DNA from: Perna viridis
Lineage: Eukaryota
Direction: 5' to 3'
DNA length: 64,000 nucleotides
Assembly (NCBI GenBank): GCA_037379345.1
Contig: CM074512.1
Span: 27,032,001 to 27,096,000 of the forward strand
Part shown: in pieces, positions 55,075 through 64,000 of the stretch
Position numbering within the stretch: the first letter of the stretch is position 1
How the letters are laid out: each line of letters opens with the position of its first letter
Position numbers and translations under genes: made by a program
The notes under the pieces: model-generated
The model's input: the letters and a program-made list of their open reading frames with translations, nothing else
Told to the model about the DNA's origin: nothing
The model's database searches: none

Positions 55075-55555
55075 ACTCCTACTTTAGGTCTCTGTGCTGT
55101 CTCCTGCTCTTAATTCAGGTCTCTGTGCTGTCTCATACACTTACTTCAGGTCTCTGTGCTGACTCCTACTCTTAACTCAGGTCTCTGTGCTGTCTCCTAT
55201 CTCCTACTCTTACTTCAGATCTCTTTGCTGTCTCTTAATTCAGGTTGCTGTGCTGTCTCCTACTCTTGCTTCAGATCTCTGTGCTGTCTCCTACTCTTAC
55301 TTCAGGTCTCTGTGCTGACTCCTACTCTGAACTCAGGTCTCTGTGCTGTCTCCTATCTCCTACTTTTACTTCAGATCTCTGTGCTGTCTCTTAATTCAGG
55401 TTGTTGTGCTGTCTCCTATTCTTACTTCAGGTTGCTGTGCTGTCTCCTACTCTTACTTCAGATCTCTGTGCAGTCTCCTGCTCATATTTCAGGTCTCCAA
55501 GCTGTCTCCTACTCCTACTTCAGGTCTCTGTGCTGACACCTATTCCAACTTCAAG
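55075..55555. repeat. 31-bp minisatellite, left arm
   Basis: Unit TCAGGTCTCTGTGCTGTCTCCTACTCTTACT, with indel variants. Confidence 0.93.
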
Positions 55556-55557
55556 TA

Positions 55558-55743
55558 CAGTCCAAACTAGCTTACCGGTACATGACATTTGAAGGAAAAG
55601 CAAAATGTTGGTCACATTAGACAGATGGTCTACTTAAACAGGTTGATCAAATACATTAATGTACTACATAGGAATATTATAATCATAGTCTTTTAAGACA
55701 GGATATTGTTGAATATATGCAATTGCTAAGACAGCTTTGATTG
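55558..55743. mobile_element. Tc1/mariner (pogo-like) MITE inside the 31-bp minisatellite
   Basis: TA on both flanks (55556-55557 and 55744-55745). Imperfect TIRs CAGTCCAAACTAGCTTA and TAAGACAGCTTTGATTG. Confidence 0.6.
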
Positions 55744-55745
55744 TA

Positions 55746-56340
55746 TTTGTGCTTACTTCAAATCTCTGTGCATTAACCCACTATTTAATGAAGTCCCTGA
55801 CAGTCATCTTCTCTTATATACGCTAATTTGTGTTGTTGTTTTCTCATACATAAGGTCTCTGTGTTATTGCCTACTTCAAGACTGTGTGCTGTTACATACA
55901 CTCATTTCATGTCTCTGTGCTTTCATCTATTCTTAATTCAGGTCTCTGTGCTGCCATCTACTCTTAAATCAGGTCTCTGTGCTGTCATCTACTCTTAAAT
56001 CAGGTCTCTGTGCTGTCATCTATTCTTAAATCAGGTCTCTGTGCTGTCATCTATTCTTAGTTCAGGTCTCTGTGCTGTCATCTACTCTTAAATCAGGTCT
56101 CTGTGCTGTCATCTATTCTTAGTTCAGGTCTCTGTGCTGTCATCTATTCTTAGTTCAGGTCTCTGTGCTGTCATCTACTCTTAAATCAGGTCTCTGTGCT
56201 GTCATCTATTCTTAGTTCAGGTCTCTGTGCTGTCATCTATTCTTAGTTCAGGTCTCTGTGCTGTCATCTATTCTTAATTCAGGTTACTGTGCTGTTACCT
56301 TCACTTATTATTTGGTCTCTGTGCGGTCACCTATTTAGGT
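55746..56340. repeat. 31-bp minisatellite, right arm (homogeneous at 55925-56290)
   Basis: Unit TCAGGTCTCTGTGCTGTCATCTA(C/T)TCTTA(AA/GT). Confidence 0.93.
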
Positions 56341-58959
56341 ATTCTAGTTTCTGAGATGTCACCTTATCTAACAAAAGAACTTGATCATGTCTTCTTTTAC
56401 TTCAAAGTTTATTTTTGAGCGTGAGAAACAAATCAGGAAAAGGGAAATATATAAAAGTAATATGATATTAATACAAAAAATTTTCCACTGGTAATGAATT
56501 AAACACTTGTTCTAGCATCTTTGTGCAGATACAAAGCTTCAATGGCCCTCTTTATTACTTCTAATGTTTGAGGGAAAAACACTGAGAAAATGTACTGTAA
56601 CTTACTATTTAACATCCCAACTACACAACCATGATAACTCCTCTCAACTTACATCAAAAATTGGTTTTTTAATATGCATCCTTTTTGTACAACTTTCACA
56701 TTTAAATTTTCTCAGGGTTCCAAACTTCTTAAATTTTGATACTATGACCTGTCACAGTTAGGCCTTTTAAATTTCTTATTTTACAAACTATCACTCTCAG
56801 TTACACTTTCAACGAGTGCTTCAATAAGCCACTCAAATAACAAATCACTGGGATAATTGCCTATTTCACACATCAGTCAAGTAAATTTATATAAAAGCAA
56901 GTCATTGTAAGAATTACATCTTGATGTTTTTCTGTTATGTTAATTTGAAGAATTGTGATCTGAAACCTATTTAAAATTAACTGACAAAATTGAAAAGCAA
57001 TATATTAGAAGAAGATTAAAATGTTTAAAGGTTCACCAGTTTGTGTGAAGATGTATCTTGTATGAACATGAAGCATTGTAACAGTTTATAACTACTAATA
57101 ATATGACTTCTGGAAAATTTTGAATCAAGAGGAAGTAACAAGGGGAGGCATACAAACAGGAACTGACTCCTGATTTTATCCTGAGAGCTTTCAACAGTGC
57201 TCTATATCAATGACCACTTACAACTTCAAAATAAGACTTTTAACTTTTGTATATTAATTTGACAAATATTTTATAATAAAATAAACAACAATTACAATAG
57301 CCTGAGTGGAGCTGACTTAATCTTCAATACAGAAATGTACCATTTACATATGTATTCAAACTCATTAATTCTTATTTGAGTAATATGATCATTTACTGAG
57401 ATAAAACTAAAAATTATTCATCTAAAGTTTTTTTTATTAAAATCCTTTTAATTCACAATTAAACTGACTCTGTAGTGTTGAATAGAATTTGTGGAAGATA
57501 GTTATCGTTGAACAGGTTATCAGTATCTTTTGTTTAACATCCAGTCAAAGCTACAAATCTGACACAAACATTTTAATGCATCACTTGGGCTTCAATTCTC
57601 CTATGGATTTAAACTTTTCAGCTCTATTGCAGAACATTGTTATAATGCCTATATACACTTGATACATTGAAACTATTCTGATTACTAAACAAAGAAAAAT
57701 GGACTGGTCTTTTAACCACTAATTATTGATAAACCATTTCCTAAATGATCCTAAACTGAACTCAAGATATTAAAGATAAACCTGACAATATTTTCCACAT
57801 TTTTGTTATATTTCTCATGGCCTTAAATCAATGACTGATCATTTCAAAACAGTTGACTCTTGGATTTTGTCTTTTCCAACTTGGTGGTAAGTAATTTATG
57901 AACAAGCTAGTTCCATAAGTTCATAGTCTTTCAAAGAATCAAACAGTTTTGTAAATCATAAATTTAACGTTAAAATAATATGGAGAATCGTGTTTTTGTG
58001 TTGGTACTATTCACAGAATCAGTAAGGTTCTCTGTCATATGGACTGTTCTTATCCAGAACCAGAAGAGTGTATTCTAAAGCCAGTGTTTTATCCTCATAT
58101 AAGATAGTGAGATTGGACTGGTAGAAAATGTGTGCTAAGAACAGGAAATTGAGTCAAAGTAACTAGTTGATCTTAGGTTGTATTTCCCTTTTTTATCACA
58201 AAAGATGATTTTTTTACATGTTTTTTTTTAAATCTAAATTCATAATGAATGTTGACATTAAACTCCAAAAGAACTTACAAAGCTATTTTCAATTTGATTT
58301 AACTTCCTGTAAAAAAGAATTTAGTGCAGAAACCCTTGATAGCTTAGTATAACAATACCACATTCCACCCAAAGAAAAAGGAATTTTAACTTTATATCAA
58401 AATGTTTTCATAAGGAAATTCATACAGGGTGTTTATACTTTACATTGCCTGGACAAAAACTTAATCTTTCCTCTCCTTTGAATTTCATCTTTTTGTTTCT
58501 TGAAATAACAAAATATTTTCATAAGACTAATAGGATTACATGGTTCAGACTAGAAAATCTTACATCTTTCCCCAAATCAATAATTTGGCTGATTTAGCAT
58601 TTTTATTGATAACTCAATCTGAAAATTTTGGTCCTGCTATGAAATAAAATACACAAGAATAGGCTTTTAGCATGCATTAGAATCTGCTGTTTTATAGTGC
58701 CCTGTCTGGCTAAAATAATAAAAATACAAATATCTGATTATCTATATAAAAGAAAGATATTAAAGTGTCAGTCTAAATACTACTGTTACGATACTGTAAA
58801 TTACTTTGTAGGCAGTGCTTAACATTAGAATCTCATGGAAGTTCACTCTCACCAAACAGTTGCTAAATAAGCATTTTACAAATTTCTTAAAGTTTCAAAT
58901 CTCATTGTAAAAGACTACATCAGTTGAATTTCCTTAGCACAATGTCATTGATTCTTTCA

Positions 58960-59141
58960 CAGTGAAACCTATCTAAACCAAACCCCCCTTTTTTTTCACT
59001 GTAAAATTTGTTTTATGAAGACAAATGATAAGATTACTTAGGTTCATAATATGTTTGAATAGACATGAAGGGTTTCTAAAATTATCTGGTGTAGAGAAGT
59101 TTTTTTTGTTTATTCAGGGTTCAGTTAGACAGGCTTCACTG
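58960..59141. mobile_element. Tc1/mariner (pogo-like) MITE
   Basis: TIRs CAGTGAAACCTATCTAAACCAAACCC and GGGTTCAGTTAGACAGGCTTCACTG. TA on the right flank, CA on the left. Confidence 0.7.
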
Positions 59142-59292
59142 TACCCCGGTAATCAGAACTTAAGTAGCACTCCTGCTAAGGATCATGCAAAATGTGATTC
59201 ATGGGTAAAAAGCGTACATATTTTTATTTTTGATATTTTGTTTGAAATGCCATAGTAAACAGAAATTAACATTCGGTTTTTCATATAACCCA

Positions 59293-59421
59293 TGCTCTTA
59301 GGAGATAAAAATTATATAGAATGCACTGTAGATTTCAAAATTAAGGGAGATAACTCTGCAAATGACACTCAAATACAATAGAATCTATTGGATTTTCAAT
59401 GTTGATTATCTCCTAAGAGCA
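59293..59421. repeat. Perfect 16-bp inverted repeat pair with a 97-bp spacer
   Basis: TGCTCTTAGGAGATAA (59293-59308) and TTATCTCCTAAGAGCA (59406-59421). Confidence 0.85.
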
Positions 59422-59899
59422 GACAGATTTAAATAAATCAATCAACTTCATATCAAAAATAAAAATATGTAGCCTTTTTTTAGGTGTATCACATTTTACA
59501 GAATTTTGCATGATTCTTACAAGGATCACTCCTTAAGCAGAGAATGTTTCTTCAACTTGAAAACTTTGTTACCTGGAAAAAAAGTCCACTTACAAATTTA
59601 TAGAAAGCATAAAATAGCAAAACAGTAGCCCATTAAAAACAGTTTAAAGAGAAAGCCAGACATATAGTCAATCAGAAAATCCCTAAGTTTTGTCAGACCA
59701 AGATAAAAGGATCCCACATTAAGTGGACATGACGATTCATTACCAAAATGTCAACAGATCAGATTAATTGTGGACATAGCACTTATATCGTTATCAATGT
59801 TTCATAAACATAAAACATTTTTGCACAACATGAAATGATGAATGATCGTTTTCAATATATCAAAATCTAAACAACTGCATCTTGCTGTGTGCAATATCC

Positions 59900-60780
59900 G
59901 TTAAATCTGAATTTAGTCTTGGTTTCTATTGATAAAGAATTCCTGAGCAAGTAGTCTATTGCTTGGAGGCATTATCGCTGAAACTATTAATGTCTCAGAG
60001 TGTTTCTAAATTAGGCAATGGAGGATGTCTCTTGTAATTAGACAGGCACAAGCAATGATATTGGCAATAACATTCTAACAATGTAATTAATAGATAGAAA
60101 AAATTACATATGAATTTTGATAATCCCGATCACTTTGTCTGGAAGTCTGAAACTTTAATGATTTCACAAATAATTTCTGTAATATAAAATCAATATACTC
60201 TATACAGGACTGGGTAAAAGATACCTGTATTTTGGTATGTCCTATTAGAGAATTACTGCTTACCAAAAAATACTCAAAATATATACCCTGTTTGTCTGAT
60301 TCAGATACTAGACCCACGTTTCAAGTACGCCTTCTTGGTCAATATATTTTTCACATCAGAAGTCAATATCTATTTGCTACTTCAAATCCAGTAGATCACC
60401 ACCTGTCAATAGAGAGAGACAATGATTTGAACAATTATTAATGATATAACGATTGTCTTTTATCTTAATTTCAAGTAAAGTATCTGCTTGACAAAAGTTG
60501 GTAAAGACACAGTCTCTGCTGAGACTTATCAGTGATTAACGTATAAGGTATGTTATGAATGGCTGGTATTTGAATGGATATCAATAAAGGATCAGTGTGA
60601 TCACTATCATCATACAATGCCAATACTGTATACGACTTTATAAAGTCATCCAAATCATGCTATTGTGGACATCGATCTGTTTCTATGATCAACTGATTTA
60701 ACAGATCAATGATTTCTGTTCCAAACTTTCTTTGACTTATTTTTTATAATCACAAATATTACACAATGATTTTACTTTAA
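59900..60780 (-). pseudogene. Highly decayed LINE ORF2 fragment (AP-endonuclease C-terminus and linker)
   Basis: Minus-strand peptides across frameshifts: RKFGTEIIDLLNQL … RSMSTI … DDSDHTDPLLISIQ, resembling the SDHxP motif that ends EEP endonuclease domains. Boundaries approximate. Confidence 0.38.
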
Positions 60781-63700
60781 AAAATTTACGTAGGTAGTAA
60801 GATTTAGTCTTCACTTGCATGGACGCCTGTCATGCTTTGAGCTAAAAAATAACAAGACATAAAAATTGTTTTATTCAATTTAAAAATTTTATAGTGTGGG
60901 AAAATAGTTGAAAATAAGAACATCCTTTAGACATAAAAAAATCATTAAGAAATGTATTTTGCACTAATCTCCAAAGACAGCTATTATCATGACTGGTAAC
61001 CTCATTTTGAGTGTCTCAATACTGAACCCAATCATGCCAGATCTTACTCATCATTAGACATAAAACAGTAAGGAGGAGACTTAAATAAGAATGTTGTAGC
61101 TATGAAAATAATGGATCATTATTACTACTCATTGATTGACGACAATTTATCCAATTAATAGGTCTTGTATGACAGTTGACCCCAGAAATAATGACAGGTG
61201 GGCCCTAGTTACCTGCTCTGGGAAAGATTTTACGATATCAATCATTAAACTATCCTTTTACAAGAATGTCTTCCATCATTATAATAACCTAAGAACACCT
61301 AAAAGCACCTTTTCTGTGCAAAAATGAAGTTCAATCTTAAATTGCAGAGGTGATAAAAATCTACAGAGACCACCTGTAGCATCTATAACTATCACACAAC
61401 AGCACTATATGATGTGACATCAACCGAAGGTAGTTGTCCTTCATGTCTCCACCATGTCTTCTTTTCAGAATAAATCAGCCGATTCAGTGGCTACTCGATG
61501 GAACTTGTTTTTAAATTCAGCTTTGTAAAATCAGATACCCAAATAATACTTGATGATATGAGAGATAGAAGACAACTATTTAAATATGATGGGTTTTACA
61601 TTACAATTTGTGACAATGATGTGTTATACAATTCGTAAGCAACAAATACAAGCTTGTTGGTAAGCATGTTTAACTTTGGCCAAAGTTCAAATAAGTAAGT
61701 CTTTTCTTGAATAATCAAAGATTTAAAGAACTTAGAAGAATCACAAGGCAGAAAATTTCAGCATACATGACAATCCCTTGAGTTTTCTCTGAAAAAAATA
61801 AACCAACAGATAAAACCACCTAACCCAGTTTAATCAAATGATGTACTTTAGTATCTCTCACTTGATAATGAACCCCCATCAGGGAATGCATATGACATTA
61901 ATCAGCCCATGATATCATACAAAATATATACAAATCTTCATAATTGTTCCATTTTTGTTTCATTATTAAGAATTAAGTAACTATCCAGTACAATATTTAT
62001 CAGTGGAACTGAGTCTGCACCCTATCTCTGGAAGGTTACATAATAGCTACAAAGAATAATGGTAGCAACAAACCCATTACATTTTAATGCCACAGATAAT
62101 TTTTTTAGGAATTAATGCCATTATACCAGCTCTTAGATGAGTTATCAAAATGATCTAAATGAATGTGAATGATATCCAACCTGGCAACAACTAAAACATC
62201 ATTTAAAAGTTTTTCTTTTAATTCAAAAATATTGATGTAATATGTGGAGTTAATAAACACCAATAAACAGACGTCACCTCCACTGAAATTCCATAAAGAA
62301 TTACTACGTGTATCCTACAAATAATTGATTCTAGCTGTGTAGTTGACCATCTAGAAAAACGAATCCAGAACAATGGTAAACAGCAAGTAAAAACTCAATA
62401 TCAATTTAATGTACTAAAAAGACTTCACTTTTCTCACACTTATGGTATAGAATGAAAATTGTAAATCGTGAAACTAAGCATATTTCTAAGTTTAACTTGA
62501 TCATATTATTCATGTCAAGAAGGCTCTAACAAATGCATTCTGAATATTCATATTTTTGAAATGTTCCACTCCTGTAAAATCACCTTTTCTCATAGAATTG
62601 CACAATACTTAACATAGGAACATTGGGAACATCATCAAATATTCATAGTTAAGATAAGATGATTTGAACTTAATCATATGGCTTGTTTTTCACCTGACCT
62701 GCTAACTATGCATTAATTGTAACATGTAAACCTGCAATATCAGGTAATTGATCTGACACAGGTATGGGGAAACTACACAGGTGATGGAGTAGACCAAAGA
62801 AATGCAGGGTGTGTTAAATCTCACACCTTGTTTATGAATTAGACATCACCTTGTGAAGTGAGTTAAAAAGACAGTGTTGGTGTTGCTCATATCATAAGCA
62901 ATGACTCATCTTTTGAAGAAAAATTAGTTACATCCCTGTTAGTGAAACAGGATCATTTCAGGTGGCAATTCTATAGTTTCCATAGTTTTAAAATTTCTCA
63001 CCAACACCATTCATAAAAAAATGTACTATGGAAACAAGTTGCAGACATACTCATCATGATGTCTTTAATAGTTCTAGTCATAGAACAATGACTTTTTTGT
63101 GTACATGTAGCAGCAGATTTGCTAGACTACTAAATCTAAGTACCTTTAACAGTACTTGTGCTTCAAGAATAAGACATTGCCCCAATCCTAATCACTCTCT
63201 CCAGACAATATATAGCTTGTCTTTCCTGTTCATCACATCATTTCATTATAAATCATTCTATACCAGACCATTGATCAGACATTCTCTAAGTTCTACAGAG
63301 CAGAAATTTGATTATCAGAAATTTAAAACACTTATCTATAATGCAGAACTTGTGCATATTATTCCTCTCCTTAAAGAAGATATTGATTCCTTACTTAGCA
63401 TGGGTTGTTTCTGCATATATCACCCAGTTTATGCTGAATTGGCATTTGTTAAGTTTAAAATTTCTGGGCATAATATTGAATGGTTAAAGTGCTTGAAACT
63501 TGTCAAAACATAAAAATCAGAACAAACTCCTATATCTTCATGTTAATTTTAGTGTAAATATCATGACACAAACAACTTTATAGTATCATTTTCGAGTTTC
63601 CAGACATAAACAGGAAGGTCAAGCCAAAGAACAATCTTCATACTTAAATGAGCAACATGCCTACCATTTGGTAATTTTTTGGACCAAAAAGTTGTTTCAA

Positions 63701-64000
63701 GATTGTAAAGAACATTGCATGATTAGCATAACATTTGACCACAGTGTAATCTTTCTATTCCAAGAATACATGCTTGGCATGTTTGTTCTGTTCCTATACT
63801 AGACACAATGATGTAACAATCTTTGATCTATTAGAAAGAACTGTCAGTAGTCTTCCATGCAGAAAACTAATTATTTGTATAAAAGACATTACTACCTTAA
63901 ATGCAATGCAATATTAAGGTGCAGACATCGTGCATATAGAATCTTACCTTTTGTAGACTATTGATTGAATACTTCAACAGAATTTTTAAGACTCTAATTG

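Noticed and set aside
55156-55592. Leu/Cys-rich ORFs in three frames
   Set aside because: Minisatellite translation.
63028-63513. Longest non-repeat ORF (161 aa)
   Set aside because: No recognisable motif and intron-like composition. It cannot be fully excluded without BLAST or RNA data.

Overview
AT-rich, visibly CpG-poor eukaryotic genomic DNA. The repeat families present suggest a bivalve mollusc (inference). I recognise no intact protein-coding gene; the ORF track is chance ORFs and tandem-repeat read-throughs. The window looks like intron or intergenic DNA, with a few isolated exon candidates: a 28-nt micro-exon at 46848-46875 (+), 10213-10364 (+) and 17216-17307 (-). Content: several minisatellites (25, 31, 36, 39, 40 and 48 bp units), Helentron/HINE-like non-autonomous elements, small MITEs, and decayed remnants of a Penelope-like GIY-YIG domain and a LINE endonuclease. 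The most notable feature is two young, full-length, TSD-flanked copies of a ~515-bp non-coding retroposon (6535-7046 + and 21769-22286 -). It lacks a tRNA/Pol III head and instead starts with a predicted H-type pseudoknot followed by a run of hairpins.
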